Shown: positions 50,501 to 63,000 of the stretch, in pieces
Position numbering within the stretch: position 1 is the stretch's first letter
How the letters are laid out: every line of letters begins with the position of its first letter
From: Eukaryota sp. TZLM1-RC
Lineage: Eukaryota; Protista; Metamonada: BaSk clade
Assembly (NCBI GenBank): GCA_040285825.1
Contig: JAUPSS010000001.1
Coordinates: 2,914,001-2,978,000, forward strand
Reading direction: 5' to 3'
Length of the DNA stretch: 64,000 nucleotides
Made by a program: the position numbers and the translations under genes
The notes under the pieces: generated by a model
Database searches by the model: none
Told to the model about the DNA's origin: nothing
What the model saw: only the letters and a program-made list of their open reading frames with translations

Positions 50501-51216
50501 TTTTGAGGACTTTCGGTTTCACCCTGCTTTGAGGAATCTGATGTTTTGGTATCACTCGCTTCAGTTTTCTTAACCAGAGGTTCATCCTTTTCAGCTTGCT
50601 GCTGAGGAGAAGAGGCTGGTTCAACTAATGCCTTCGCTGAACACTTTGGTGATGTTGGTTCTTTATCATTCTCTTCAGGTACTTGCTTCGATTTTGTACA
50701 ATATTTAATCGGCCTCTGAGCAGCCTGATCTTGCTCCTTTTGTACAGCTGACGAGGTTTTTAATTCCTCCTGCCTTTCTCTGGCCTCTGTGTCTTCAGCA
50801 GACGCCACAGCTGCAGAATCAATACGAGCGAAAGTATCAAGTGCTTGATTCAATAAACGATTATGTTCTTCTTTCTGATCTTCATTTGCATTGTTAATGA
50901 AAACCTGTTGCAAGGTAGATCGAATTGTCTTCAGGTTTTTTGCTATTTCAGGAGTGTTGATTAGGCTAGTGACTGCATGACTTGAAATGATAGAAGATTC
51001 CTGAGATAATATCCATTGTGTGACGAAGAGGTCTCTCTTTGCCGATGCATTCCGATCATCAAATTGGTTTGACTGCCCTTGTGTACAAATCGAGGTTGGT
51101 GCTGATTGTCTGTTAGTGGAGCTGTTACTGAACCGAAGTGGCTTATCACCCATCGAAGATGCTTTACTATTTACCCTTCGTTCAGTTGAACAAGTTTTTG
51201 AAGAAGGTTCACTCAT
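47524..51216 (-). CDS. 5xUBA domain protein (1230 aa), partial paralogue of 7889-11914 without BTB
   Basis: Shares sequence from EPRTNPSVDQQ onward; five UBA motifs, third one duplicated; unrelated N-terminal ~255 aa. Confidence 0.85.
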   Translation of the reverse strand: MSEPSSKTCSTERRVNSKASSMGDKPLRFSNSSTNRQSAPTSICTQGQSNQFDDRNASAKRDLFVTQWILSQESSIISSHAVTSLINTPEIAKNLKTIRSTLQQVFINNANEDQKEEHNRLLNQALDTFARIDSAAVASAEDTEARERQEELKTSSAVQKEQDQAAQRPIKYCTKSKQVPEENDKEPTSPKCSAKALVEPASSPQQQAEKDEPLVKKTEASDTKTSDSSKQGETESPQNQKLTPTTTKNEFKTSTTPKPKTAVEPRTNPSVDQQLEERRRRLAAQQSQASSQTVSNQKVKESQKKSVEDQPKQQINQSSIQHQKKTESETEDKIPSDYVPEVSVPANQDSNQVDSTSHERTVSDTAERDADSSHQISYGKSESSEPKSSNSETAKKSDKTSGETERKEEATKPNPIEVDFKFRTFGLARRSASVPRPRLKNFFNFENEGSRPAIGQGSKLLEKRAARPLTQDVPQLENVDDVQDTDVAQETTPPQFSSSKAQEVSLVTEASNSRSSHTQPQPQTKTTAQRFDEAVGQALDDSKQKNQDQLKTDSAHQQHQNPKVQDMINMGFDAKLAERALQKCHNNVELAVDYLVQLEKLKGSKTPRSSRSGDSTLKSSSRNLAEGKPSQHCPAAERVPEQSSSPSVHDTSFHHSNPNVMKLFELGFEVKRAERVLAICGNDVERAIQYMAPGGASKTLRSKEAKNPSLSAETSHLSQDSTRSLLQRTRDVVKSQNNESQGFSLSPPNHHSSKAESPQQSPLVESTPTSHPVNSDPKVQKLVEMGFDEKDAEAKLRWFRGDIDQAADWLARFSQFKHSRTTTNDRAKPFTTGHLSSRSSPSYQSNSSTSKSPNQRTEEDKNPSLSAQIRHVSPGSTNSHSQISGDVIKPHTVEPQRSSPSPPNHHSSKSESPQQSPLVESTPTSHPVHTDPKVQKLVEMGFDFKDVERELRLWKGDIDQAADCLARRSHNRSSRTTAAHHTEPLTTYTTGQRSSRLHSSFHPSNSVKYQSSVTKSPTRKSHRSSQLEPCRVLSNSYSPSPVSRSPSSSIDYPFNQRSGYSAHTNHHDIPGTSSTRGKTKDLFKGKPTRPAPSIPSASVSPRDYRNTSVPSYLRPTTASQQKTVDARSSDIYHKHSPSSNRFESVIKRHGRTVDSSRALSARADHHRTSSHKSRSASAFPGRSCIHPDEAKLTKLMGMGFEERQAEAALCRFSNNFDLALEHLLGNLSFT

Positions 51217-51330
51217 ATGAGTTCACAAAACTCGAAAAGTGGTAATTTAAGCATCTTTCTACTACTAGTAGCATTCCTAACCTAATTCCTACCCTATCAG
51301 TCTTCTTATAGTCTTTTCTCCAACACTTTC

Positions 51331-53604
51331 ATGAAGTCTCTTAACGATATTGTCAAGGGACTTCGTGCTGCCAAAGGCAACGAGTCTCAGTTTATCTCTG
51401 ATGCTATCCTCGAAATTAAAGAAGAAGTCAAGGGCAACTCCTCAGCAAAAGTCAATGCCATTCGTAAACTCTGCTACGTATGTATAGCTCTATACTCATC
51501 GTAGCTTCAAATGTTTGGTTCCAACATTAACTGGGCTGCTTTTACAGCCATTGAAGTGGCTGCTCTTCCTCAATTTGCTCCCAAAAGAATTGGTTACCTC
51601 ACAATTTCTCAATCCTTCAATGATGAAACTGAAGCTATCATTATGGCCACTAATCAGTTTAAGAAGGATCTCGGACATAAGGATGAACACTATATTGCTG
51701 CAGCAATCAACTCTCTTGCCTGCGTCTGTACACCAGAACTTGCACGAGACCTAGTAAATGATGTTGTCACTATGCTCAACTCCTCAAAGACTGTTGTCCG
51801 TCGTAAGTCTCTCCTCCTGGCCTATCGCATGCTCCTCCGCTATCCCGACGCTCTCAAGCTTGCTCTTCCCCGTCTCAAAGATCGTTTGGATGACAAGGAG
51901 CCCTCTGTCCAAGCCACTGCTGTCACTGTCATGACAGAACTTGTTTGTCGCAATCCCTCCATTTACATGGCTTTTGCACCTGCTCTCTTTAAGATCCTCA
52001 CGACCCCACCTCTTCGTGACAATTGGGTTTTGATTAAGCTGGTGAAGTGCTTTGGTCATTTGTGCAAATCTGAGCCTCGTCTCACCCAACGACTGGCCGA
52101 ACCATTATTACATCTCCTTGATACCTCCTCAGCACAGTCACTTGTGTTTGAAATTGTAGACGCTATAGTCACTGGTATGGCTCATGACACGTCACTATTA
52201 CGTGGCGCTGCTAACAAACTTTCCTCTTTTATAGAAGATTCCGATGTCAATCTTCAGTATCTCGGTCTTCGAGGTCTTGCCTCCCTCCTCCCAGGATATG
52301 TCAATGCCGTCCGAGCTCACGAAGAAATAATTCTCAAATCACTTGAAGAAGCTGACGTCTCTTTAAGATTGAGAGCTTTGGAAATTGTCAAAGGACTGGC
52401 GACTGAAAAAACTCTTAAATCTGTGGTGAAGCGTTTATTAAATTTACTGGAAAAAGATGATTTGTCCGATATTGATGTTTCTGGAAGTTTCCGTTCTGAA
52501 CTGGTCAAGGCAATCATCCACGTGTCAACAGTCAATGATTATGGTCTGGTTTCCGATTTCGAATGGTTAGTTTCCGTTTTTACTCGCTTGTTAATCTCTG
52601 CTTCTTCGGAATCCCATTTGGCAGGAAGTGCACTTTGTGAGATTGTTGGAAGAGTCCCTGCCATTAGAGGTGTTGCTGTCAGTAAGCTCGTCCAAGCCAT
52701 CCAGTCCCCAAGAGGCTCTCAGCTTTTGGACGACTCTAACAATGTCACCTTTGTTGCCTACATTATTGGAGAATTCTTTGACCTTTGTCCTAAAAATGCT
52801 TCTATTTTGATTCCAAAGTTATTAGATGTTGATTCTTGTAAGAATTTGACTGGTGGCGCTACTGGTTCTTTGGTAGATTGTGTAATTCAAATGGTTGTTG
52901 CACATGCTAATTTGGTTGATAATGAAGAAGATTTAGAATTGTTCAAGTCACTAAGAGAATTGGCGATAGAAAAGCTACATTTACTATCAGTAAATTGTTC
53001 TTCTTTTGAAGGTTCCGCTCGAGCTAAGCATGGTTTAGGACTACTTTCTAAATCTGATGATCACAGAGTTGTTGGTTTACTATCTTATCTTTTTAGAAGG
53101 GGAGAAGATTTAGTTCCTGTCTCTAGCAGGGCGCAAAAGAAAATTCAACCGCCAAGTAATGTGAATTTGGACGAATATTTAGATAAAAATGTTGAAAAAA
53201 TGGTGACAGAGACGAAAAATTTAACACTAAAGGATGATATTCTCGAAGAAATTCCGATTCGAACGCTTTCTGATGATGATCTTCCTCCATTGAGTGACGG
53301 TGGAAAGAAAAAGAGAAGAAAGAAGAAAAAGAGAGTCAAGCAGACCACAACTGAAACACCTGAAAAGAAAAGTTCTAAAAAGTCTCCTGAAAACAAACAA
53401 CCAGTTAAATCCAAACCTGTAGCTGTCGTTGCCGTTAAGCCTTTATCTGATGATGAAGATTCAGCACCTGAGCAGAATCAAGCTGAGCTACATTCGGCCC
53501 TAGCATCTGTGCAGTTTTCAATGGATGATGGTTTGTTCGACGCACCTGCTGATGTTGAAGTTAAAAAGAAAAAGAGAAAGAAGAGGGTAAAGAAGGAATT
53601 GTAA
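51331..53604 (+). CDS. AP3D1: AP-3 complex subunit delta; exons 51331-51477 and 51505-53604
   Basis: Spliced N-terminus MKSLNDIVKGLR..KLCY/LQMFG..WAAF; KRIGYL, NWVLIKLVK, EPRL, NLQYLGL, LVPVSSRAQKKI. Confidence 0.92.
51478..51504 (+). other. 27-nt spliceosomal intron
   Basis: GTATGT..TACTCAT..TAG; retention gives an in-frame TAG, removal restores the AP-3 delta N-terminus. Confidence 0.88.
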
Positions 53605-53715
53605 TTGTTTTATTAGAATTGTGGATAAATTTTATTTTCATTCTTTTTTTATTTTTATTCTTTTTATTTGCTGTACTAATTAATATACCTTATTGAAGAG
53701 TCATGTATCATCAAC

Positions 53716-54066
53716 TCAACAAGGTTCGCATGGACCTGATTGTTTGCTTTCCTTGGCCTTCTTGTGAGAACCATAGAAATTGTCATCCATCTTTTCTAGT
53801 TTGTGTGTCTCCTTAAGTGCTCGTGCTTCTGATTTGTGGGCTTCCTTTATGCGTTTTTTCTCTTCCTTACGAGCATACGCAGAAGATACTTTGTGACTCT
53901 TACTGGGCTTCTCTTCAGCGCAAGGCTCACATGGCTGGGGACATGGTTGACAGGGTTGAGTTTGTTGAACAGGCCGACAAACAGTTTCTTCCTTCTGTAC
54001 AGGTTTGCATATGTACTCTTGTTCTTCGGTTGTGAAACGCTGTTCTTGGGATGATGAACGTTGCAT
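53716..54066 (-). CDS. Hypothetical 116-aa Cys/Pro/Gln-repeat, Lys/Glu-rich protein
   Basis: ATG-started ORF, raised GC, repeats CKPVQ/CRPVQ and PCQPCPQPCEPC, ends PCEPC. Confidence 0.6.
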   Translation of the reverse strand: MQRSSSQEQRFTTEEQEYICKPVQKEETVCRPVQQTQPCQPCPQPCEPCAEEKPSKSHKVSSAYARKEEKKRIKEAHKSEARALKETHKLEKMDDNFYGSHKKAKESKQSGPCEPC

Positions 54067-54756
54067 GAAGGTAGTGAAATGGCACAGCCATCACTACCAT
54101 AACATTAAAGAAAGATTCGCAATAGGATATCTTGAAGGGACTTGAAATTTTCCCAAATTTTCGGCAACCAATAAATAATTCCACAATTAATTATTTTAAA
54201 ACTACCACATTATTACATTACTGGCAACTTCGTCATTCACATGAACAACTCACTCAGCATCAAATCTAATAAAACTAGGCGTGGCTTAAAATACCAGAAA
54301 TGTAATTCGGTTGTTCCAAATGTTCTGGTCTCTCTTTAAATCATTATTATGCTGCGGATATTTCTTTGCCAAATTGTTTAATTTTATTACCAAAACTATT
54401 CAATATAGTTTTATCTGGCTAGCTCTAATATTCTGAAGAATTAAGATGTTCACGTTTGACTGCACTTGTCAAAACTTCAGAAATGGATGTTCATCCAAGT
54501 GCAAAGTGTGAAACTTTACACAATATTTTTTCAAAAGAAATACATGGAAAATATGATAAAGATATCGAAGAAGCTAATGCTGATAGAAATAGACCATTTG
54601 TTTTTAAAATTGAAACTTGTTTTACCTTTTCCATCACTACAAAAATAATTGTAGACAAAAGAAAACAATAGAATTTAATATTTAGTTCTAACTATTTATG
54701 GTTGTTCAGTTATTTGTTATATTTTTGTTTCATATTCATATAAGCTGATTTATTTT

Positions 54757-54870
54757 GAAAAAGGGAAGAAGCAGTGTTGGCGCCCTAAGGCTTATATGTT
54801 ATGATCAGAAAATAAATCAACTTTTCCTTATTGCCTTTATCTAACCCTTCTCTTCCAACCTATGGCATCA
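54757..54870 (+). mobile_element. Polypurine tract + short LTR-like sequence (54775-54870)
   Basis: GAAAAAGGGAAGAAGCAG|TGTTGG resembles GAAGAAGAGGCAG|TGTTAG of the gypsy element; ends in CA where homology to 45694-45755 ends. Confidence 0.55.
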
Positions 54871-56367
54871 TATTTCCCCATAAAAAACAAAGTTTGTTAT
54901 TCTTACTACCAAATATGATCATTTCTTAACGCGTCACAAGAATTGGAACAATAATGACAAAAATGGCCATTTTATTTTCAAGCAAAAGTTTTCCAACCAC
55001 TTTGACATTTTCAAAGTGATTTTGGATTTGTTCGAGAAATCTCTTCCTGGGGGATCTTACAGTCTGTCCAAAAGAACCAGCGCCACCATTGCCGAATCAA
55101 ACTATAGCGTTTTTTCTTTCAGACAAGCGTTTAATCTTGTTGATAAAACTAGATAGCCTTTTTTGCTTTCGTAAGAAAACATCGATCTCATTTCTTCTAA
55201 GCTTTTTATAGACATAGCTATAATGGCTATATTTCTATATTTCTTTTCCAACAACTGGCAAACAGCATCCCCCAGTTGGATGGGTCGACTACCAAGAAGA
55301 CTTGAATGGCGCCAGAATCTACCACCGTGGGTTGAAGTGGTTTCATTCAGTGAGGGCCAAGGCCAAAAATGCTGAACGCGATGTTGCAGCACTTGGAAAA
55401 CCAAAGGATGGTTTTCAAATGTCCTTCTCTGTTTGGGTTCGCTTTCACAAACAAAGTCGAAACAGATGCTCCAGATCTAACTTTGAGTAAGCCACATTGA
55501 GTGTTCTGGGTATTGGAGGTCAAAGAATCGTGCTATGGGAATAGCATAAGCTCCAATACTAGCAAAAACTTGTAACTGAAGTTCCACCACTGCTCATGCC
55601 CTTGAGTCGAAGAACTGGTTGACCGAAACTTCGTCAGTTGTAGTCAATAGAGGGTTATCCATGGCAGTCAACACAAAAGAAAAACTAGAAATAATTAAAA
55701 AATGGTTGCCTAAAGTAGAAAATTTGGTGAAATCAGTCAGTGTCATAATTGACAATTCAAAGTAAAATTAATTACACGTGTTTACTAATAACACATTTCG
55801 CTCAAGGTTACCTCTTGCATGTTTTCCTTTCTTCAAACAAGAATTACATGATACAACAGTTGGTGACTGGAGTTTGATTGGGTTGTTTCCATTCGCCAGG
55901 TTCGCATTTGAATTTGTTTTCGTCGCTCGTATTTTTCTGCTACTTACCCCCTATTTCTCTTCCATGTTTGCCACCATCTTCAATTGATGTCTTTCAATGA
56001 AGCACCTGCCCAACCTATTTTACCTTAGGTTTGTCATTATTCACGGCACAAAACCTCATTTTCCGTGTTGCAACAAAGTGTTACAACAAAACGCATTGTC
56101 CCATTTTGTGTTTTCTTGACAAAAACTCATTCAACTTACCAATTTTCAGACCATTATCCCCTCACTTTTTCAGTTCTCCTTTCAATCCTTATCCTTTGTT
56201 TGAACTAATATCGTCTTATTTACATATGTGGCGTCCTAGACGATGTTTGGAGCTTTACCTATTTGTTTAATGATAAGGCTAATGTTGTTAGATCCACCAT
56301 TCGTGATTTTTATCATGAATGACATTCACTTTTTCTTAAAATTTAATGTATTCTAAAAAAATACAAT

Positions 56368-57200
56368 CTAAAAATCAATATCTTCAATGCAAGCTTCCAC
56401 ACCATAAAACCTTACAACAGCAATGTCTTCGTGATGTGCACAAACAGACATCAAATCTTTCGAAATCATTTTAGGAATTGTTTTGAAAAGAGTAAAAACA
56501 ATACGATTTAACAACATACGGCGATCAAAGAGCTGATTCATTCTTGTTTGTATATGAATTTCCCCATCATCAATCAAATTCATTGCAGTTTTTTCAAGAT
56601 GTCCATAGAAAGATATAGCAAATGGACAAATTTGGTGATACACATGGCGAACATGTTTAAATTCTTTCAAAGGATTTGCGTATTTCTCATGTTTATACAA
56701 TTCTGAATAATCAAGGGCGGATATTTCGGATTGTGCGTTTTTCAAAGCATTTTTCTTGCAAACATCCACTGTAACAACATCAACAACATTCAAGACATCA
56801 TCAAAAGAGGACACAACAACATCAGCACGTCGTTTTCCATATGTTGAATCTTTAACGTTTTCATTTATATCAAGAAACCTCAACAACGGTTCTACAAATG
56901 ATTCAATATTGTAGGAATTACACACTACATGGACTTGATCTCTGATTGCATCATGAAAAGTGGAACGAAAAGAATAAATCTGTTGCAATTAAATAATTGT
57001 GATAATGTCAAACCAGCTCCACATTTGCAAAACAAATCATTGGGCAAATTACAAAGCCATGAATAGCAGCGCATTCGTCATAACCACTGAAATGAAAAAA
57101 AACCCTTGTTTAGTTTTTGGAGGCGAAAAAACAAAAAGAATGCCCAAAACCCCAAAATCAGCACCTCTCTTTGATGAATTAAATTTTAGTTTGGGCCAAA
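56368..57200 (-). mobile_element. CRE-like RLE 3' fragment, family E
   Basis: FHDAIRD..VEPLL..RRADVVV..VVDVVTVD..ELYKHEKY..PFAISFYG. Confidence 0.85.
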
Positions 57201-57344
57201 AATGAGGTAATATTCAATGTGCTTTGTATGATGGAACTCAACTCATAATCGATTGTACTAGCATCTCCATGGAAAAGAAGTTTCAATTCTGACATTCAAC
57301 ATTTACTCAAAGTTTTTTTAAATATTATGTATCTATTAAAAACT

Positions 57345-57860
57345 TATTAATCAACATCTAAAGAAATCATCTCTCCCAAAACAAAAACACTAGATGCAAC
57401 TCTCTCATAGTGAGATCCATGAGAAGGCAAAGCATCAGAAACCATCCTCAACATCCCGTTAAAAATTGAAAACATAATTGTATTTTCCCAAAACAATCAG
57501 TTGAAATTTTGGTTGGTTTTTCTCTTTACAATCATTTCAAAATGTGCCAAAGGCGTATAGCCGTGGGAGCAAGTGAACCAAATAGAGAAAATACAAATAA
57601 AAACAAATTGTATTTTGCGTGCTGTTGGGTGGACAATTTGGACAAAGGTCCACTGTATTTTTTGATTTTTAAATTGTCAGCATTTGAAAGAGGACTCTGA
57701 ATTTCAGAATTAGCAAGCCCTTAATTTGAGCCATTACAAGGATGAACAGACTTTATATCCACTAAAATGAAGGTTTCATCTAATCCAGGTAACTTGACAT
57801 CACCTCTATTATTCTTGTGAAAGTCAACTTCAGCTTCAAACAGATTTGACAACGGAGTTG
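57345..57860 (-). mobile_element. Degraded family D RLE fragment
   Basis: Homologous to the reconstructed 4730-5875 element, without the family B insertion. Confidence 0.8.
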
Positions 57861-58074
57861 CTATTCAAGTGAATAGCGAAAATCTCTTGTCATTCAATTG
57901 ATATGGATTTAGTAGCTAAAAAGCATTATTTAAGATTTTTGGTTGAGTTTTAAAATGTGTCTGTTACAAGCCTAAATTTGTGAAACCAATCCACTAAAAA
58001 AGCGATTTTCAAGTCAGAATTTGTATCAATACTCCCAACAATAATACTTCTTGGTATTACTGTGCTATTCGCCG

Positions 58075-59757
58075 ATGTCCGAATCTGACAGCGATCTTAT
58101 TGGAAGCTTTTTGCATCAGACTCAGACCACAGATGTAAACCAGCAACCAATAGATCACGGCGCAGTTCCCACTTCATCCAAAACTGGAGACCAGCCATAT
58201 GATTTCCTACAGACAAAGTCCAACACCCTCTACATCGGCAATTTATCACCCGAAACATCAGAGCTCGAACTTTGTCAAGTATTTTCTCAAGTTGGTGAGG
58301 TCTCTAACGTCTTTATATTGCAAAGCCCCAAGGGCGAACCCCTGGGTTGTGCATATGTAAAGTTCAACACTGATGATGATGCACAAGTTGCTTTAGATCA
58401 ACTCCAAGGTACCAAGTTCCACTGCAAACCATGCCGTCTTTCGTTCTCCCAAGGAAGCGCTAAGGAAAGCTGTAATGATATCATTGGTAATCTCTTCATC
58501 AAGAATCTTCCGCCTGATGTTTCCTCCTCTGATCTAGGTGACATGTTTTCCAGCTTTGGTTCCGTGATTCAATCCAAAGTCGTAGTGGATGACCGTCACC
58601 AAAGCCAAGGATATGGCTATGTTCATCTTCAAGGAGAACAAGCCCCGCAGAAGGCTATTGATCACTTGGATGGGAAGGAGGTTGTCATTGACGAAGATTC
58701 CAATTCTAGATGCACTCTTTCTGTTAAAAAGTTTGTGCCTCCTGTTAAACGATATAGAGTAGTTGGTGAGGTTCCAAGTATTAATAACGTTTTATTCAAG
58801 AATCTTCCAATGTCACTCTCTGAAAACGAATTCAAAACTATCGCCTCTGGTGGTAGTCGTACTATTCAGTCATGTATGCTGAAAGTAGACAGAAAAGCCA
58901 ACAAAAAGTTTGGTTTTATTCGTTTTGGATCAATGAACGAAGCTGTTGAAGCGATTAAACATCTAAATGAAACTTATTTAGATTGTCAACAGATTAATGT
59001 GACATTATTCCAACAAAATGATCTTTCTAAATCTCTCAAGAAAAAGAAACCAAGCCGGGAAATTCCTGATTTAAAAGAAATTCAGTTAAACGCTGACTGT
59101 AATCTTTGGATTTACAATTTACCTTTAACTTTTACGGATGAATTGTTGGAGGAATTAGTTTGTCCATATGGCACGGTGAGTGCGGCGGTCTTGATGAAGA
59201 CATTTGCAGGGGATTCCCGCAAATTTGGGTTTGTTACCTTTGAATCTGCAGAAGAAGCTCGTGCAGCTTGTTATAATCTTAATGGTAAAGTTATTGCCAA
59301 TGCTGACCAACCACTACAGGTTTGGTTATTTGGCTCTGTCAATGAATCACTCACTCAGTTGGACTTTATCAAGAAAGACTCTTTGGATTACAAGAAGAAA
59401 TTTCTTGATGCTTTGAGATCACTTGAGGATGAATCATCCCGGTTCGAGGCCATGGGAAATTGCCTCTTTCCATTAGTAGAGTTTAGGTGTTCAGACTTTG
59501 CTGATCAAATTACTGGAATGATTTTGGCTTTAAGTTGGGAAGAAATTGAAAAATGTTATCTTGATTCAACTTTTCTAGATCAAGTGATTGAGGATGCGGT
59601 TCAAGCGATTGATCCCAACACTTCCTCTTCACCCCTTCGTTGGTTTCAAGGTGCAGATCCCGCTCAGAAAAACGTTCGACGAGGCTCTACCGGTGAAGTT
59701 TTTCTTCATGGTGTACGTAATTCTGGAAGTCATTCAGGTGCTTCTAGATTGCGTTAA
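58075..59757 (+). CDS. Divergent poly(A)-binding protein-like (4 RRM + MLLE)
   Basis: TLYIGNL, GNLFIKNL, GYGYVH, FGFVTF, MGNCLFPLV..ADQITGMIL; first ATG at 58075. Confidence 0.85.
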   Translation: MSESDSDLIGSFLHQTQTTDVNQQPIDHGAVPTSSKTGDQPYDFLQTKSNTLYIGNLSPETSELELCQVFSQVGEVSNVFILQSPKGEPLGCAYVKFNTDDDAQVALDQLQGTKFHCKPCRLSFSQGSAKESCNDIIGNLFIKNLPPDVSSSDLGDMFSSFGSVIQSKVVVDDRHQSQGYGYVHLQGEQAPQKAIDHLDGKEVVIDEDSNSRCTLSVKKFVPPVKRYRVVGEVPSINNVLFKNLPMSLSENEFKTIASGGSRTIQSCMLKVDRKANKKFGFIRFGSMNEAVEAIKHLNETYLDCQQINVTLFQQNDLSKSLKKKKPSREIPDLKEIQLNADCNLWIYNLPLTFTDELLEELVCPYGTVSAAVLMKTFAGDSRKFGFVTFESAEEARAACYNLNGKVIANADQPLQVWLFGSVNESLTQLDFIKKDSLDYKKKFLDALRSLEDESSRFEAMGNCLFPLVEFRCSDFADQITGMILALSWEEIEKCYLDSTFLDQVIEDAVQAIDPNTSSSPLRWFQGADPAQKNVRRGSTGEVFLHGVRNSGSHSGASRLR

Positions 59758-60043
59758 CTTTACTCAAATTTCACAAAGTTACACTGTTTTTCTTTATAAT
59801 AAATTTGTATATATTTAGTCTTCACTTATTCAATACTTCAAGTCAAGTGGCATCTTTACTACCACTTTGCAGTGAAATGACTTTGGATTCAGTAGTCAGC
59901 CCGTCAACTAGCAGATTTTGTAAGTTTTGTTAAGTGTCATTCTGTTGGCATGTGAAGACCTCCTTAGAAGAGAGCAATTCATGAGCTGCTGATGTGCTAT
60001 TGGGACAGTACACAAACTGAAAGAAATTGTTTATTAAAAGCAT

Positions 60044-63000
60044 TTACACATTCAAAGAAAATCCAGCCAAAAGAAGCTCAAGAGCCCGTTCCAGATTGTT
60101 ATTCGTTCTTCTTAAAGCAATCTCAATATCATTCTCAATAAAGCCCATAGACATTAATTTCGTGAAATGTGCCTCATTAGGAACAAATGGACCTCTATTT
60201 TGTTGAAGCGGCCTCGATGCTTGAGTGTGTGACCTATAAAGTCTTTCATGGACACCCAACCTTGATTGATTGGAGAAAACATTACTTCTGGTACGCGAAG
60301 CTATGGATTGACTGTCTGGAACACTGCGAAAATCAGCATTATGTGAGGCAGAAGACCTATCAGGAGAGGAAGCGAAATGATCGCGAGTTGCGGCTCTGTG
60401 GAAGTCACTTGGAGTTCTGTTATAACTGCCCATTCTACGAGGACGTCTAGATGAAGAGGAAGCTTCCCTGGCTGGCTGTGATGGTCTTTGTTCACTGAAT
60501 AATTGGTCATGATTTCGATTGCGATGAGAGTCAACATTGCTATCACGATTGCGATTTGAAATGCGCGAATTTCTCATTTGAGCCAATCGCTCCTCAAATG
60601 TAGTTGGTATTGGATTTACTGCAGTTGACCTTGGATAACGACCCTCAATTCCCTCCCTCAACTGTCGTTCTGATATTTCATAACGTGAACCTCGAAGCAC
60701 ATCATGAGGGGAAGGTACACGTGGAGGAATATCACTATGTTGGCGAACATCGGAGTTAATAGCAGATTCATGATGTATCGGCTCAGGTTGTTTCCAAGCC
60801 GGCACACTTTGAACATTGGAGCTAGGTACCGAGTCGGTGGAAGAGCCAAAGTTAAAACTAGAATGACCAAATCTTGTATCTTCATGGTTGTTGAAAACAT
60901 TGTGATCAGATGACGAATCGGATACCATGAAGCGATCACCCTGAACTGATCCTGATTGGTCAAATGGATTGAGGGGTGGAGAAGGTGCAGATTGTTCGAC
61001 AGCGCCAAACTCTCCAACAATGTAGGCAACAGCAAGATCAAGATTATTAGCACATGATCTCAAAGCTTCCAGTGCCAAGCTTGGTTCGAAACCCATTTCC
61101 CTCAGAATCATTATATTTTGAGCATAGTCAGCAGCTGTGGGAAAGTTACCCGTCCTTAGATGATTAAAACCATTCTCAGCAACGCCAACCCTGTCAGAAA
61201 CTTCTGACTCCTCTTGTTGTTGTTCTACATAATGAGCACCTTCCACTTCATCTTCATCTGACTTTACAATGTCGCGACTTGAATTAAGGTAATCTGAATT
61301 TAATGGATTTTGCACGGGCTCCGAATCTTCATCATTTTCAAGACCACCGAGAACATCATCTCCTTTAAGGGGTGATTCTAGTTGTGCTTCACTTGAATTA
61401 TTTGATTGGAGTTTGGGTAATTCATGTTCTTCATCATCAAAAAGTTCAACAACAGCATCAGTTTCCTGAACTATTGTCTTATTAACCCTAGGGCTACTTG
61501 ACTCTTCAGTCTCCTTCCCTCCCTCCAACCGTTCTCTTCGTAAAGCAAGTAGTTGAGCATGAGTTAAAGGAGGCGAGGGGTGTGTTTGGCGATGTTGATC
61601 CACACTTTCTTCTTCATGGTGATTAAAATCATCATCACCTCTGTAACTTTGGCTTGACGTCGGCAGCTCGGGATCAGGAAGTGGGTTGTGAAAGGATCTA
61701 GAGTCACATGACACCTCTTCTTCCTGGGAACGATTAAGTGACAAGTTACTGATGCCATCTTCAACAATGAAAGAATCATCGACTTGGTCCTCCTCCTGGC
61801 TTTCTGCTCTATTAGACTGGCTGCATGGAGATACCTGAGACGGTAAAACGTAAGAATCCTCATAAGTTTGACCAACGGAATGCTCGTTCTGTCCCTCTTC
61901 ATTGCGGGAAACTTCTTCATCCCGTATATGTTGTTCGTTATAAACGACAGCTTTTGAAGCATAGTTGTCTTCATGATCATCATCCGCTGATGAATCATCT
62001 GATGGTAAAAAGCGTTGCCTATTCACATTATCAAGGGCAAGACGAGGAACATTGCAAAGAAGAGGAGAGGAAGTGGGTTGCTGGAGTGAATCAATAGAAG
62101 TGAGCATTACATCTGAGATAGAACAGTCGTATTCGTCCTCATCAATAGACATTGAACTCTTGGCTCTAGACCCATGACTCACTGGCTCATTACTTTCAGA
62201 CTGAGGAGAATGTTGAACATGGGGAGAGGGGAAGCGTGGAACGGAATTGGATTGCTCAACATCATCATCTTGTATTTCACCTTTTTCCTCTTGCATTTTC
62301 TCTTGCATATTGTAATGATCATCATCAGTAGAATCATCACTATCAGATGTTACAGTAGTTTTTTGAACACTTGTGTTATGGAGATGGGACATGACTAAGT
62401 AGCAGATAAGATGGATTACACTTTGGGAATAGGAACCCTCGCTTTGATTCACTTCTGGAACAACCACCGACTTTGTGTTAGGAGGGTTATTAATAGCAAC
62501 AGATAGTCTTTTAAGAGCCATCATAGTTGGAGGAAATGACAACTCTTTAGCAAGACAATAATCATCCAGAATGGCAGGACGTCCCGACAAAAGCCAGTAC
62601 ACAAGAGAAGCAACAATTTCTGGGGAAGGTTCAAGAAAATTTTGACATTTGCATAGATTATGATGTGGTTCTAAAGACATAGATGTGATTGAGTCATCAG
62701 GAAAGTGGTTCCTGGATATAGTGTGTGATACTGAATCAATCGATATAGGATGGTTGTGGATACGGACTTCATTCGGATTATTTGCTTTCTGCTCCTGTAC
62801 ACTGTCTTCAATTTGATTACATGGGTGCTGCTGCGCAAGATGGTACGGATTTGACATAGTTTCATTATCAGAATCTGACTCGAGTACCAACAACTGATCA
62901 GTAACATGGTTAGAGTTTTGGGAAGAACCTGGTTGATGGTTGAAGTTGATAGCTTTATCCTGTGAAGTATACCTGGTATCTGCTATAGAGACAGGGGTTG

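Noticed and set aside
45694-54870. One inverted-repeat transposon spanning the UBA and AP3D1 genes
   Set aside because: No transposase or TSD; PPT context fits LTR fragments better.
54900-56270. Short ORFs in a moderately GC-rich stretch
   Set aside because: No recognisable motif or long frame; left unannotated.
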